DNA of 64,000 bases, taken from the NCBI GenBank assembly GCA_963764725.1, contig CAVXTM010000018.1, forward strand, positions 384,001 through 448,000, given 5' to 3'. Position 1 is the first letter of the stretch, and every line of letters begins with the position of its first letter. This document shows, one piece after another, positions 38,341 to 49,376 of the stretch. A program made the position numbers and the translations under genes. The notes below the pieces were generated by a model. That model was not told where the DNA came from, did no database searches, and was given only the letters and a program-made list of their open reading frames with translations. The DNA comes from an uncultured Gammaproteobacteria bacterium (GTDB lineage Bacteria; Pseudomonadota; Gammaproteobacteria; JACCXJ01).

Positions 38341-41300
38341 TCAGCGCAACGATTCGACGCGCTTGCGTTGCTCCCGCAGCCGAGTGAGGGCGCGCGTCAA
38401 CTCTTCGCAGCGTTGTTGCTCCTTGGCTACGACCGCACTCGGCGCGCGTTCGAGAAACTCTTGATTCTCCAGTTTTTGCGTTGCCCGCGTGCAATCGTGT
38501 TCCAGCTTTTCGACCTCGGCATTGAGCCGCCGCAGCTCCGCCTCGCAATCGATGAGGCCCGCTAAGGGAATGAACAGGCTCAGCCCTCCCGCTAAAGCCG
38601 CAGCCATATCCGCGGAAGGCGTGCCCGTGAGGGTTTGCAGCGATGAGATGTGGCCAAGGTGCATGATAAACAGACGATTGTTTTCCAGCCATTGATGCTC
38701 GGCGCCGGATCCATGCTCTGTCAGCACCGCCAAAGGCTTGCCCGGCGCAATATCCATCTCCGCGCGTACGCGCCGCACAGCGAGAACAAAACTCCTCACC
38801 CAATTGAATTCCTCCACCGCGGCGGTGTCGATTTCGAATGCCCCGGGCGCAGGATAAGCTTGCAATAGGATCGAATCGCCGCTGACGCCCGCGAGCGGCG
38901 CGACCCGTTGCCAGATCTCCTCGGTGACAAATGGAATGATCGGATGCGCCAGCCTCAGCAAGGTCTCAAGCACCTCAACCAGAGTCCGTAAACATCCGCG
39001 CCGCACCCGCTCGTCAGTAGCGTGGTTCAGCGCAGCCTTGGACCATTCGAGGTACCAGTCACAATATTCGTCCCAGGTGAACTCGTAGATCGCCTGGGCC
39101 GCGAGGTCGAAGCGGTAAGTCCTGAAGGCCTCGATGGCAGCTTGTTGCGCGTGGAGCAAACGCGATCGGATCCAGCGCTCCCCCAAGTCGTTATCATACG
39201 CTCCTTCGGTGCTGACGGCCGCTTTGCCCCCGGTGGCGAGCAGCACGTAGCGTGCGGCGTTCCAGAGCTTATTGCAAAAGTTCCGGTAGCCTTCGATACG
39301 GCCGAGATCAAAGCGGATATCCCGACCCTGAGTGGCCAGCGCCGCGAAAGTAAAGCGGAGGGCATCGGCGCCGTACGCCCCGATACCCCGCGGAAATTGC
39401 TTGCGCGTGGCACGCTCGATGTTAGCGGCGTCTGCGGGCTGCATGAGACCCGTTGTACGTTTCGCGACCAACGCATCAAGCTCGATGCCGTCGATGAGAT
39501 CGAGCGGATCGAGGATGTTGCCTTTGGATTTCGACATCTTGTCGCCGTCGGCGTCGCGCACCAGTCCATGGATATAAACCTCCTTGAACGGGACCTGCTG
39601 CGTAAACTTGAGCCCCATCATGATCATCCTGGCCACCCAGAAGAAGATGATGTCAAACCCGGTCACCAAGGCATCGGTCGGGTAAAAGCGCCGCAACTCA
39701 TCGGTCTCCTCCGGCCAGCCCAAGGTCGAGAACGGCCAGAGCGCCGATGAAAACCAGGTATCGAGCACGTCGGGATCCTGGGCCAGAGCTTGTCCGTCGG
39801 GGATCCCATGGCGGGCGCGTGCCTCGGCCTCGGTGCGGCCGACATAGGCGTGGCCTTGATCGTCATACCAGGCGGGGATCCGGTGTCCCCACCAAAGTTG
39901 CCGTGAAATGCACCAATCCTTGATGTTGCGCATCCATTCGAAGTAGGTCTTCGCCCAAACGTCCGGGACGAACCGGACGGCACCCTCCTCGACTGCGCGA
40001 ATTGCGGGCTCGGCGAGCGGCGCTACGCGCACGAACCACTGGTCGGTAAGATAGGGTTCAAGGACCGCGTTCGAGCGATCCCCGCGCGGCACCGCATGCT
40101 TGTAGTCCTCGACCCGTTCGAGCAGCCCTTGTTGCTCCAAATCGTGCACGATGCGCGTGCGCGCCTCGAAGCGATCAAGACCGCGATAGGCCGGAGGCGC
40201 TTCGGCATTGAGCAGCGCGCGCTTGGTGAAGATACTAATCAACGGCAACTTGTGTCTGACCCCGACTTCATAGTCGTTGAAATCATGCGCCGGCGTGATC
40301 TTCAAGCACCCCGACCCGAACTCCTTATCGACATAGGGATCGCCGATCACTGGAATGTTCCGGCCGGTGAGCGGCAATTGCACCTCTTGACCGATATAAG
40401 ACTGGAAGCGCACATCCTCGGGATGGACCGCCACCGCGACATCGCCCAACATGGTCTCAGGTCGGGTGGTGGCCACGACCAGATGCCCTTCCGCACGTGC
40501 CAGTGGGTAACGGATGTGCCAGAGATGACCTTGCTCCTCGGTGGCTATCACCTCGAGATCTGAAAGGGCCGTTAGCAAAACCGGGTCCCAGTTCACGAGC
40601 CGCTGCCCGCGGTAAATAAGTCCGTCCTCGTAGAGGCGCACGAATACCTCCGTCACCGTCGCGGATAAACCGGGATCCAAGGTGAAGCGCTCCCGCGACC
40701 AGTCCATCGCGGCGCCCAAACGCCGAAGCTGACGGGTAATCGTGTCGCCCGACCGCTCTTTCCAGCTCCATACCGCCTGCGTGAACGCTTCTCGCCCCAT
40801 CTCCTGGCGAGTGCGCCCTTGCTTGGCCATCTGGCGCTCGACCACCATCTGGGTCGCGATCCCGGCGTGGTCGGTGCCGCATTGCCAGAGTGTGCTGCGA
40901 CCCCGCATGCGGTGATAGCGGATTAAGCAGTCCATAAGCGTGTCTTGGAATGCATGCCCCATGTGCAGGCTGCCGGTGATATTGGGCGGCGGAAGCATGA
41001 TGCAGTATGCGGACCCGCAACCCTGCGGCACGAAATAGCCGCGGCTTTCCCAGGTGTCGTACCAATGCTGTTCGATGTCCTTGGGATCGTAGGTCTTGTC
41101 CATGGTGATTGCTTCGGGCGGATTTCGTGCTATCGATCCGGTATGTGCGGATGCGCTGGCCGGCGCGGCGGCGGGCAGGCCACGCAAGGCTCTGATCTCG
41201 GTCAGAATGCGATGGGTGGCGTGCGCGATCTGAACTGAAATAATACGCTGCATGTGGCCGGTGATGCGCACCGCGAGCGCCTCGAGCTGCGGCGGGTCCA

Positions 41301-41478
41301 ACGGCGGCATCGCTGGCAAAGTCGAAACGCGATCTTGAACCACCACATCCTTAAGCACCGGGATCTCGGCCTCACCGTCGGCTCGCGCTGACTCCAAAGC
41401 TACGCGGTCGGGTGGCGGGTAGTTATCCTCGGCCGGCGACGCCGGCATGGAAGCATCAGGACGCACCGGATCGCTCAT
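38341..41478 (-). CDS. valS: Valine--tRNA ligase; core starts at 41103 with an in-frame 125-aa N-terminal extension
   Basis: [18 protein letters not shown] and [12 protein letters not shown]; canonical start MDKTYDP at 41103. Confidence 0.96.
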   Translation of the reverse strand: MSDPVRPDASMPASPAEDNYPPPDRVALESARADGEAEIPVLKDVVVQDRVSTLPAMPPLDPPQLEALAVRITGHMQRIISVQIAHATHRILTEIRALRGLPAAAPASASAHTGSIARNPPEAITMDKTYDPKDIEQHWYDTWESRGYFVPQGCGSAYCIMLPPPNITGSLHMGHAFQDTLMDCLIRYHRMRGRSTLWQCGTDHAGIATQMVVERQMAKQGRTRQEMGREAFTQAVWSWKERSGDTITRQLRRLGAAMDWSRERFTLDPGLSATVTEVFVRLYEDGLIYRGQRLVNWDPVLLTALSDLEVIATEEQGHLWHIRYPLARAEGHLVVATTRPETMLGDVAVAVHPEDVRFQSYIGQEVQLPLTGRNIPVIGDPYVDKEFGSGCLKITPAHDFNDYEVGVRHKLPLISIFTKRALLNAEAPPAYRGLDRFEARTRIVHDLEQQGLLERVEDYKHAVPRGDRSNAVLEPYLTDQWFVRVAPLAEPAIRAVEEGAVRFVPDVWAKTYFEWMRNIKDWCISRQLWWGHRIPAWYDDQGHAYVGRTEAEARARHGIPDGQALAQDPDVLDTWFSSALWPFSTLGWPEETDELRRFYPTDALVTGFDIIFFWVARMIMMGLKFTQQVPFKEVYIHGLVRDADGDKMSKSKGNILDPLDLIDGIELDALVAKRTTGLMQPADAANIERATRKQFPRGIGAYGADALRFTFAALATQGRDIRFDLGRIEGYRNFCNKLWNAARYVLLATGGKAAVSTEGAYDNDLGERWIRSRLLHAQQAAIEAFRTYRFDLAAQAIYEFTWDEYCDWYLEWSKAALNHATDERVRRGCLRTLVEVLETLLRLAHPIIPFVTEEIWQRVAPLAGVSGDSILLQAYPAPGAFEIDTAAVEEFNWVRSFVLAVRRVRAEMDIAPGKPLAVLTEHGSGAEHQWLENNRLFIMHLGHISSLQTLTGTPSADMAAALAGGLSLFIPLAGLIDCEAELRRLNAEVEKLEHDCTRATQKLENQEFLERAPSAVVAKEQQRCEELTRALTRLREQRKRVESLR

Positions 41479-41902
41479 GTGCCGCGTGAAGCCGATGCGT
41501 TTTCAGCGTATAACCGGCCTGCCGATAGGTTCGATAACGCCCTCGCGCTTCCTCACGTTGCGCGGGATCGCAATCGACCACCTCGATGAGGCGCTCGAAT
41601 GGCCCACTAGGGGCGGCAACGCTCATGTTGACCAAGATCTCGGCGTGCGGGCGCTCGCCTTGCCATCCAATCAAGATGAGGGTTTCGGGATCGGGATGTT
41701 CATCCCAGCGCTGATGCGGCAGAAAACTGATGTCTTTATGGATCCAAAGCAAGTCATCGATCTGCTCCGCTTGCTCCGCGGACCCAGCAAGAATGCACAC
41801 GCGCTGACCACCCGCGAAGGCCTTGCCGACGAGCGTGCACACGACTTGGCCGCGCGTCCGACCATCGCCCTCCTCCAGGAGGTAGAAATCAACCCGGGGC
41901 AT
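41456..41902 (-). CDS. holC: DNA polymerase III chi subunit
   Basis: [15 protein letters not shown]...SFLPH and [12 protein letters not shown]; lies between pepA and valS. Confidence 0.9.
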   Translation of the reverse strand: MPRVDFYLLEEGDGRTRGQVVCTLVGKAFAGGQRVCILAGSAEQAEQIDDLLWIHKDISFLPHQRWDEHPDPETLILIGWQGERPHAEILVNMSVAAPSGPFERLIEVVDCDPAQREEARGRYRTYRQAGYTLKTHRLHAAHERSGAS

Positions 41903-43403
41903 GGTCCTCGGGCTTGCGTACCCGATCAAGAAGGTATTGAACGAGCAGCGGCACCGGACGGCCCGTCGCGCCTTTCTTGTTTCCCGCACGCCACGCGGTT
42001 CCGGCAATGTCCAAGTGCGCCCATTTCAAATCCTTAGCAAAGCGCGCGAGAAAGCACGCAGCGGTAATACTACCGGCCTCGCGGCCGCCGACATTGGCGA
42101 AGTCCGCGAAGGGACTGTCGAGCTGTTTCTGATAGTCCTCCCAAAGGGGCAGTTGCCAAGCCCGATCGCCGCTCTGCCCGCCCGCGGCGAGCAAGGCCTC
42201 GGCCAAGGGCTTGTGATTGCTCATCAGCCCCGAGGCGTGCTGACCCAACGCGACCACGCAGGCGCCCGTCAGAGTTGCGATATCGATGACCACCGCGGGC
42301 TTGAAGCGTCGAGCATAGGTCAAGGTATCACAAAGGACGAGCCGCCCTTCCGCGTCAGTGTTAAGGATTTCGATCGTCTGGCCCGAGAGGCTAGTCACAA
42401 TATCGCCAGGCTTCACCGCGTTACCGCCGGGCATGTTTTCCGTCGCCGGAATGAGGCCGATTAGGTTGAGCGGCAACTGCAGCTCGGCAATGGCCCGCAG
42501 TGTCCCAAGGACGCTGGCCGCGCCGCACATGTCGTATTTCATCTCATCCATGGCGGCGGCCGGCTTGATCGAAATGCCCCCCGAATCGAAGGTGATCCCC
42601 TTGCCTACCAAGGCTACCGGGGCTTGCGCCGCGCGCCCTCCCCGATACTGCACGATGATCAGCGCCGGTGGCTCGCGGCTGCCGCGAGCCACCGCCAGGA
42701 ACGCTCCCATCCTGAGCCTCTTGATCTGCGCTAGCCCCAAGACCTCAACCTTTAACGCCGCGTAGCGTTTCTGCAGCCGCCGCGCCTCATCCGCGAGATA
42801 GGCCGGGGTGCAATGGTTGCTCGGCAGATTGGCGAGATCTTTCGCCAAACGCACCCCCTCGGCGATGGCTCGGCCATCTCTTAATGCCTCTTCGGCGGCC
42901 GCCGCAGCGCTAGGGTTCGCGATCGCGACCCGCAGCGAGCGCAGAGCCGCCGCGGACGCGTCAGGCTTGCTTTTCAGCCGATCGAAGCGGTAGAGCGTGC
43001 TCTCGGCGGTTTCTACCAGTTGCCTCACCTTCCAGTCGAGGCCGCGATCCGGGATCGGGATCTCCGCGAGGTAGCTTGCAGCTTCCTTCACCCCCGCGTC
43101 GCTTAACGCCGTGACCGCCTTGGCGACGATCTCGCGATACTTGTTGTCGGACAACTCGTTCTCCGGCCCGCATCCGATCAGTAATATGCGCTCGGCCGCC
43201 GTACCGGGTATCTGATGCAGCATCAAGGTTTGGCCGCATCGCCCTTCGAGATCACCGCGCTTGATAATGCGGCTGATATAATGGTGACTGGCTTGGTCCA
43301 GTTGCGCCGCCGTCTCCGTAAGATTGCGCTTATTGAACACCCCGGCTACCACGCAAGGAACCCGCTGCGTATCTGGCGCACCGCTTATGATGGCGAACTC
43401 CAT
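41889..43403 (-). CDS. pepA: Leucyl aminopeptidase
   Basis: VGKGITFDSGG, MKYDMCG and NTDAEGRL. Confidence 0.96.
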   Translation of the reverse strand: MEFAIISGAPDTQRVPCVVAGVFNKRNLTETAAQLDQASHHYISRIIKRGDLEGRCGQTLMLHQIPGTAAERILLIGCGPENELSDNKYREIVAKAVTALSDAGVKEAASYLAEIPIPDRGLDWKVRQLVETAESTLYRFDRLKSKPDASAAALRSLRVAIANPSAAAAAEEALRDGRAIAEGVRLAKDLANLPSNHCTPAYLADEARRLQKRYAALKVEVLGLAQIKRLRMGAFLAVARGSREPPALIIVQYRGGRAAQAPVALVGKGITFDSGGISIKPAAAMDEMKYDMCGAASVLGTLRAIAELQLPLNLIGLIPATENMPGGNAVKPGDIVTSLSGQTIEILNTDAEGRLVLCDTLTYARRFKPAVVIDIATLTGACVVALGQHASGLMSNHKPLAEALLAAGGQSGDRAWQLPLWEDYQKQLDSPFADFANVGGREAGSITAACFLARFAKDLKWAHLDIAGTAWRAGNKKGATGRPVPLLVQYLLDRVRKPEDHAPG

Positions 43404-43544
43404 AGCCCTCTTATGTTGTTATAGTTAACGCTTGAACCGAAATCGGCATTTCAATCGTAACGCGCGTATTATCAGGGTGAATCGCGTCTTAGCGAGCAAG
43501 TGTATTGTTATCGATACCGCAAAGCAAAGCGCACTAGCATCCTC

Positions 43545-44651
43545 ATGTTGTTAAACCGCTACCTCATCCGGGAGATCTTATTGTGGTTCGGGGCCGTGCA
43601 GCTCCTGCTATTACTCACCTACGCCAGCAGCCGCTTCGTGCAGTACCTGGCGACGGCTGCCGCCGGAAAAATCGACAGCGGACTGATCTTCGAGCTGCTG
43701 GCCTTAAAGATAGCGACCTCCTTGGTGCTGATGCTGCCCTTATGCCACTACATTAGCGTCTATGTCGCCTTGAACCGGCTGTCGCGCGACAACGAGCTTA
43801 TAGCCATCGCAAGTTTGGGCCTGGGCTCGCGGTTTCTTTTCGATACGGCGGCCAGGCTTGCCTTCACTGTGGCGTTCGTCGTCGCAATCCTCGCGCTCGC
43901 GGTCGCGCCGTGGGCAGAAGCGCGCTTGATTGAGGTGGAAAACCGGGCCAAATCGGAATCCGATCTGACCGGGATCACGCCGGGCCAATTCAAGAATTTC
44001 AATGAGGGTAACCGCATCCTTTATGTGGAGCGACTGTCTCCCGACAAGCGCAGCATGTCCAATGTGTTCCTGCAAGGGCGGCAAGACGGCCACCTCGGGG
44101 TGCTGTCCGCTGACCGAGCGGAAATCGAACTCGACCAGAAAACCGGATCTCGCTATGTGAACTTTTACGCCGGGCGCCGCTATATGGGCTCCCCGGGACG
44201 GCTCGATTATTCCATCGTCGAGTACGAGAAATACGGCGTGCGTATCGACCGCAGTGAGGCGGCGGATCGGAGCGCGAGCGTGAGCGCGGCGAGCACCGCA
44301 AGCTTGTGGTCGGCCAACCGGCCTGAGGCGGCCGCTGAGTTACAGTGGCGGATCGCAATGCCGATCAGCACCGTGCTGTTGACGCTCCTCGCGGTGGCGC
44401 TGGTGCGAGCGGCATCCGACCAGAACCGGATCCTCGGGCTCTTGACCGCGGTCTTGATTTATTTCACTTACAGCAATCTCTTGGGGATTGCGAAGTCCTT
44501 GGCCAAGCAGGGCGCCGTGCCTGTGTATCTGGGTTTATGGTGGGTGCATGCGCTCTTAGGTCTTGTGATCCTCGCGCTCCTTGGTTATCCGCTCCTGCGC
44601 AAGTGGTGGGCGCGGCGGCAACGAGCACCAACGCTAGTGCGGCTGAGCTGA
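43545..44651 (+). CDS. lptF: LPS export ABC transporter permease LptF
   Basis: LNRYLIRE, LNRLSRDNE and AELQWRI; divergent from pepA. Confidence 0.9.
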   Translation: MLLNRYLIREILLWFGAVQLLLLLTYASSRFVQYLATAAAGKIDSGLIFELLALKIATSLVLMLPLCHYISVYVALNRLSRDNELIAIASLGLGSRFLFDTAARLAFTVAFVVAILALAVAPWAEARLIEVENRAKSESDLTGITPGQFKNFNEGNRILYVERLSPDKRSMSNVFLQGRQDGHLGVLSADRAEIELDQKTGSRYVNFYAGRRYMGSPGRLDYSIVEYEKYGVRIDRSEAADRSASVSAASTASLWSANRPEAAAELQWRIAMPISTVLLTLLAVALVRAASDQNRILGLLTAVLIYFTYSNLLGIAKSLAKQGAVPVYLGLWWVHALLGLVILALLGYPLLRKWWARRQRAPTLVRLS

Positions 44652-44690
44652 GGACCGGGTTGGCGTCCCATATCGGCGCGAGGCGTTGGC

Positions 44691-45599
44691 TTAGCTCACG
44701 CCGGCAAGGGTCCCGATGGATTGCCCCATCGTCACGGGCGTACCGGGTTGCAGGGTCTTCGACCAGCGGATCGCGCCTGGCCCAAGCAGCAAGATCACCG
44801 TAGACCCCATGTTAAAGCGGCCCATCTCCTCGCCCTTATTTAGTATCACCGGGCAGGATTCGGGTTGTTCGTAGACGCAGACACGATGCGCCGCCGTATG
44901 CATCGCGCCGGGTTCGCACCACACCAGGTCCATCGCGCCCACGAACATGGCACCTATCATGACCAGCGCAAGCGGGCCCGCATGGGTTTGGAACAGGCAA
45001 ACGATGCGCTCATTGCGGCTAAAGAGATCGTTTATCCCTCTGACCGTGCTGGGTTTCACCGGAAACAAGCGCCCCGGCACATGAACCGATCGGACCAGGC
45101 GCCCGGTGATTGGCATGTGTACTCGATGGTAGTCTTTCGGAGCTAAATACAAGGTGATGAAATGACCCCCCAAGAACGCTCCCGCCTCGCGGCTTGCCAG
45201 TAGTCCGGACACACTGTAGTGCTGGCCTTTGGCTTGGAGCAACCACTCGTCTCGGAGGTCGCCGAGTTGGGACACGCTACCGTCGACGGGGCACGCCAAG
45301 GAGCAAGGGCCGGGCGCGATCGGGCGCGCATCGGCTCGGAGCGCGCGGGTAAAGAAGCTATTGAATTCCGGATAGACGCGCGGATCGGATTCGGCCACGC
45401 TGTCCATATCGACCCCGTAACGGCGGATAAACCACCGAATTTGCCAATCTTTCCACGGGCGAAAACGTAGGCGCGTCGCAACCAGCATCAATCGCGACAA
45501 GGCGTGGTGAGGCAGCAGGTACAGCGGCCAGCAGTTAAGCCAGTTACGGGCCCATGACCCTGTTTCGATTGCCGTAACCGCCGCGCGTTCAACTTGCAT
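44691..45599 (-). CDS. psd: Phosphatidylserine decarboxylase proenzyme
   Basis: FNSFFTR, PVDG, YLAPKDYHRVH and the GRFNMGST cleavage site. Confidence 0.94.
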   Translation of the reverse strand: MQVERAAVTAIETGSWARNWLNCWPLYLLPHHALSRLMLVATRLRFRPWKDWQIRWFIRRYGVDMDSVAESDPRVYPEFNSFFTRALRADARPIAPGPCSLACPVDGSVSQLGDLRDEWLLQAKGQHYSVSGLLASREAGAFLGGHFITLYLAPKDYHRVHMPITGRLVRSVHVPGRLFPVKPSTVRGINDLFSRNERIVCLFQTHAGPLALVMIGAMFVGAMDLVWCEPGAMHTAAHRVCVYEQPESCPVILNKGEEMGRFNMGSTVILLLGPGAIRWSKTLQPGTPVTMGQSIGTLAGVS

Positions 45600-45754
45600 G
45601 AGCGTGGTCCGTCTTTAACGTTAGATTTTCTGGCATTATAACCGTGCATCGCGCGAGCGAGACAGCGCGCGCCTACCGCGACGGGCATGGTTCAGCCACG
45701 GGGATTGACATGCGAAGCGCGAGCGTTTATCCGGTAACGTTGCGCCGTCCATGG

Positions 45755-45767
45755 TGCGGTGCAATAA
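45755..45767 (+). promoter_or_regulatory. Candidate PhaR operator upstream of phaE
   Basis: TGCGGTGCAATAA; the same TGCG-NN-GCAATAA motif occurs at 54926 and 60620. Confidence 0.6.
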
Positions 45768-45822
45768 TAGTGTGGCGAGGAATCGGAGAGTCTTTTTAAA
45801 CAAGATAAGGGTTGAGTGAACC

Positions 45823-47115
45823 ATGACTGACAGTAACCCCGTCTGGAACGACGATTGGATGACATCGCAGAAAAATTTTTGGGACGCCTGGTCACACATT
45901 CTAAGCCAATCCATGGAGCCATCGCTTAGCTCCCAAGCATTCGCTGTTCCGTGGACGGCAGCTTTGGATCTGTGGGCCAAGACCGCAGCGCCTTCCGCTC
46001 CGGCGGCTCGAGAGGATTTTTTTCAAAGTATTGTGCGGCAAGGAAGAACCTTTCTGCGACTCGGAGAGGAGCTCAGCAAACTGACACGCAACCTGGCCGA
46101 GGGCGCGCGAGCCGGAGCGAACTGGAAGGATGTGCTCGCGGCGAAGTTCAACGAACTGAAAGCGGGTTTCACTCACGGCAGTGCGTCCGACGTGACCAGC
46201 ACGCTGCGCGGTCTGCTACCTTTTTTCGAAATGCCGATGGACACCTGGGCGCGCATGTTCTCGAGCAACTCGTTGCTGCCCGGTGATTTCCTGCGGTCGA
46301 AATCCGAGGGTTTGGCCGGCGTCCCGGGCCAGATCCACGAACGCATGGATCAGTTCTTGTCGATCCCTGCGGTCGGTTATATGCGTGAATGGCAAGAGCA
46401 GACGCAGGGTGGCGTGCGTCTCACCATGGATTACCAACAGGCGCTGCAGGAATACGTGCATGCGCACGGACGGCTCGGCGTCGATGCACTCGAACGGCTG
46501 GCCGCCAAGATCATCGAACGCGCGGAGCAAGGCCGGGAAATCAATACCCTGCGAGAGGTCTATGATCTGTGGGTCGATTGTGGCGAAGAGGCGTACAACG
46601 CTCTTGTGTTCACGGAAGAATACGCGGACATTTACGCGCGGCTGGTCAACGCGCTAATGGCGTTGAAGCATCATAACCAGATCACCGTTGATGAAGTCGC
46701 AGGATCATTGAACTTGCCGACTCATCAAGAGATCACGACGCTGCAGCGGCGGCAGCAGGAGTTCCGGCGCGAGCTCGCGGGGTTCCGATCGCTGCTCGAT
46801 CCGAGCATGATGGAAGGAATGCAAGCGCCGTTAAGAGCGCAGGCAGAGGCGCTGAGCAGCCTCACGCAGTTGCGTACCCAAGGCGAAAGCATTGAGGACA
46901 TGAGAGAGAAGGTCACGGTGCTGGAACGCGACGTCGTCCGGTTGCTCAAGGAGCTGGCGTTGCTCCGCAACGGTACGGTACGCGAAGGCCGCGGCAAGCG
47001 AATCCCAGCGAAGAAGACGCCGTCCGCCGTGAGCGTGGTTGCCGCGGCCGGGCGGCCTAGGCCCACGCAGGCGGCGCGCGCCAGCGCTGCACAAAAGCGC
47101 GCCAAAGGAGACTAG
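45823..47115 (+). CDS. phaE: Class III PHA synthase subunit PhaE with C-terminal extension
   Basis: FLSIPAVGYMREWQE, LREVYDLWVDCGEEAY and LNLPT; directly upstream of phaC. Confidence 0.92.
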   Translation: MTDSNPVWNDDWMTSQKNFWDAWSHILSQSMEPSLSSQAFAVPWTAALDLWAKTAAPSAPAAREDFFQSIVRQGRTFLRLGEELSKLTRNLAEGARAGANWKDVLAAKFNELKAGFTHGSASDVTSTLRGLLPFFEMPMDTWARMFSSNSLLPGDFLRSKSEGLAGVPGQIHERMDQFLSIPAVGYMREWQEQTQGGVRLTMDYQQALQEYVHAHGRLGVDALERLAAKIIERAEQGREINTLREVYDLWVDCGEEAYNALVFTEEYADIYARLVNALMALKHHNQITVDEVAGSLNLPTHQEITTLQRRQQEFRRELAGFRSLLDPSMMEGMQAPLRAQAEALSSLTQLRTQGESIEDMREKVTVLERDVVRLLKELALLRNGTVREGRGKRIPAKKTPSAVSVVAAAGRPRPTQAARASAAQKRAKGD

Positions 47116-47118
47116 CTC

Positions 47119-48180
47119 ATGTTTCCATTTCAAATACGTCCCGATCAAGCTTTATCCGAAATCCAAGAGTTCGGGACTAAGCTCAGCCGAGGTTTACAAA
47201 CGCTGAACGAAATCGGTGATATCGACGTCGGGTGTACGGAAAAAGAGGCTATTTACACCGAAGACAAGCTCACGCTCTACCGGTTCAAGCCGCTCGTGGA
47301 GAAGCTGAACCCGGTGCCGGTGCTGATCGTATACGCACTTGTTAACCGCCCTTACATGGCGGATCTACAGAAGAACCGCTCGCTCGTGCGCGGACTTCTG
47401 GCGGGCGGCCTCGATGTCTATTTGATCGACTGGGGTTATCCCGATAGCGCCGATCGGTTTTTATCATTAAACGATTACATCAACGGTTATACCGATCGCT
47501 GTGTGGAGGTGCTCAGGAAACGGCATAGCCTGAACAAGATTAATCTCTTAGGGATCTGCCAGGGAGGAACGTTTAGCCTTTGCTATAGCGCGATGCATGC
47601 CGACAAAGTGAGGAATCTCATTACCACCGTGACACCGGTCGATTTCCACACGCCCCAGGATTTGCTCAGCCATTGGGTGCGGAAGGTAAACATCGATCTG
47701 CTGGCGGACACCATGGGTAATATCCCGGGCGAGATGCTGAACTGGACTTTTCTTTCGCTCAAACCGTTTCGGCTTTCGGGGCAAAAATACCTCGATATGG
47801 TCAACACCCTGGACGATCCGGTCCTGTGCAAGAATTTCATCCGCATGGAGAAGTGGATCTTCGATAGCCCCGACCAAGCGGGGGAAGCATTCCGGGAGTT
47901 TATCAAGCATTTTTATCAGAATAACGAGCTGATTAAAGGCGAGGTGATGATCGGTGAAAAGAACGTCGATCTCGAAAACATCACCATGCCGGTGCTCAAC
48001 ATCTTCGCCACCGACGACCACCTGGTCCCACCCGCCGCTTCGAAGGCGTTAAGGAAATACGTGGGAAGCGCGGATTATTCGGAGATCGAATTTCCCGGCG
48101 GACACATCGGGATCTACGTGAGCGGAAAAGCGCAGCAGATGATTCCCCCCTCGGTCGCGTCCTGGCTCGCCGCCCGGTAA
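47119..48180 (+). CDS. phaC: Class III PHA synthase subunit PhaC
   Basis: YALVNRPYM, lipase box GICQGG, MEKWIFDSPDQAGE, DHLVPP and GGHIG. Confidence 0.96.
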   Translation: MFPFQIRPDQALSEIQEFGTKLSRGLQTLNEIGDIDVGCTEKEAIYTEDKLTLYRFKPLVEKLNPVPVLIVYALVNRPYMADLQKNRSLVRGLLAGGLDVYLIDWGYPDSADRFLSLNDYINGYTDRCVEVLRKRHSLNKINLLGICQGGTFSLCYSAMHADKVRNLITTVTPVDFHTPQDLLSHWVRKVNIDLLADTMGNIPGEMLNWTFLSLKPFRLSGQKYLDMVNTLDDPVLCKNFIRMEKWIFDSPDQAGEAFREFIKHFYQNNELIKGEVMIGEKNVDLENITMPVLNIFATDDHLVPPAASKALRKYVGSADYSEIEFPGGHIGIYVSGKAQQMIPPSVASWLAAR

Positions 48181-48185
48181 AAAAC

Positions 48186-48211
48186 CCGATCCACCTTGCA
48201 GGGTGGATCGG
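48186..48211. terminator. Hairpin between convergent phaC and phasin genes
   Basis: CCGATCCACC-TTGCAG-GGTGGATCGG preceded by an A-run. Confidence 0.7.
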
Positions 48212-48250
48212 AGTCCGTGGAGGAAGGGTGATCTGGAAGGGCTAAGCGGT

Positions 48251-48619
48251 TTATTTCTTTACCGCGAGCGCGGCTTTCTTTACCGGCGCGGTTCCGTTCT
48301 CCTGGGTCTTCTCGAACCAAGCCGCCACCTCATCCTTGGAATCCGTCATGATCTCGGTGGTTTTACGCAGAGCGTCAAGCATCTTCTCATTGTATTCGGT
48401 TATGAGCTTGGTTTGGCCCGCCAAGAGATCCTTATAACCCTTCGATTCGGTCATCAAGGTGACGGCCTTGATACCGGTATCGACATAGGTGTTTACCAAG
48501 CCGAGTTGCTGTTCACCTATCTTCTCAAACGTCTTGGTGCTGATCTCGCCTAGCTCCTTTAGAGAAGCAAAGCAGGTGCTGCCAAACTGAGCCCAAGGCT
48601 CCACAGTTTCAAATTGCAT
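48251..48619 (-). CDS. Phasin (PHA granule-associated protein)
   Basis: 122-aa amphipathic helical protein with a K..KDLLA.Q motif, in the PHA cluster, with TGC-rich operators upstream. Confidence 0.85.
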   Translation of the reverse strand: MQFETVEPWAQFGSTCFASLKELGEISTKTFEKIGEQQLGLVNTYVDTGIKAVTLMTESKGYKDLLAGQTKLITEYNEKMLDALRKTTEIMTDSKDEVAAWFEKTQENGTAPVKKAALAVKK

Positions 48620-48649
48620 AACGTTACCTCACGAAGTTTACCGACATTG

Positions 48650-48706
48650 TGCATCGCACATCGCAATGCTGCGTTGCATCATAGTGCGGCTAAACCTCAC
48701 TGTCAA
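48650..48706 (-). promoter_or_regulatory. Sigma-70 promoter of the phasin gene overlapped by PhaR-type boxes
   Basis: TTGACA-17 bp-TATGAT (48706 to 48678); TGCGTTGCA and TGCATCGCA lie over and just downstream of the -10. Confidence 0.8.
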
Positions 48707-48791
48707 GTCGGAACAAGACACAAAAATTCAAACCTCGCTCACGACCGTGAGCACGACATTGCGTAACGCAATGCCAGATTTTTTTACGGGT

Positions 48792-49157
48792 CTATTTGCC
48801 CTTCACGGGTTTGCCGGCAAACGGCGCCACGGTTTTCTCCATGCCTCGTTCCGCCCACGCGCTCAGCTCATTCTTGCACTCGCTGAGTAGATCGTTGGTC
48901 CCGCGGACGATCTCGACGAACTTGGCACCGTATTCGGAGGCCAGAGCGGCTTGATGCTCCAGTAAGTCCTTCGGGTCCTTAGAGATGCTAAGCAAATTCA
49001 CTTCCTTGGCGCTTGCCTCGAGACAAGTGCTGAGGATTGCTTCCTGCTGCGCCGTCATTTTCTCCACTAGCTTGGCATTGATTGCACCAAGCTCTTTCAT
49101 GGACTCGAGGGCGCTTCTGCTCAGGGCGGCCCATTGGTCGATCATTTCTTGCTGCAT
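48792..49157 (-). CDS. Second phasin
   Basis: MQQEMIDQW...KELG...QQ...KDPKDLLEHQ aligns with the adjacent phasin; AGGAGA RBS. Confidence 0.85.
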   Translation of the reverse strand: MQQEMIDQWAALSRSALESMKELGAINAKLVEKMTAQQEAILSTCLEASAKEVNLLSISKDPKDLLEHQAALASEYGAKFVEIVRGTNDLLSECKNELSAWAERGMEKTVAPFAGKPVKGK

Positions 49158-49376
49158 ACACTTATCTCCTGGTATCAATCGTCATTGACGGTGGATAAGG
49201 CCGAAAGCCGGGGGGATTAAAAGCAGCTTACTGTGACGTGGCGTACCGGTCAACACGAGAAGACGAGGAAGCGCATGACATAGGCGAGACAGGCGCGGGA
49301 TGGTAGAATGCAAAAAACACGGCTTTTGCGGTGACAAAATGATCTTTATATCTACCGAAGAGTTAGAGGTTGGTTT

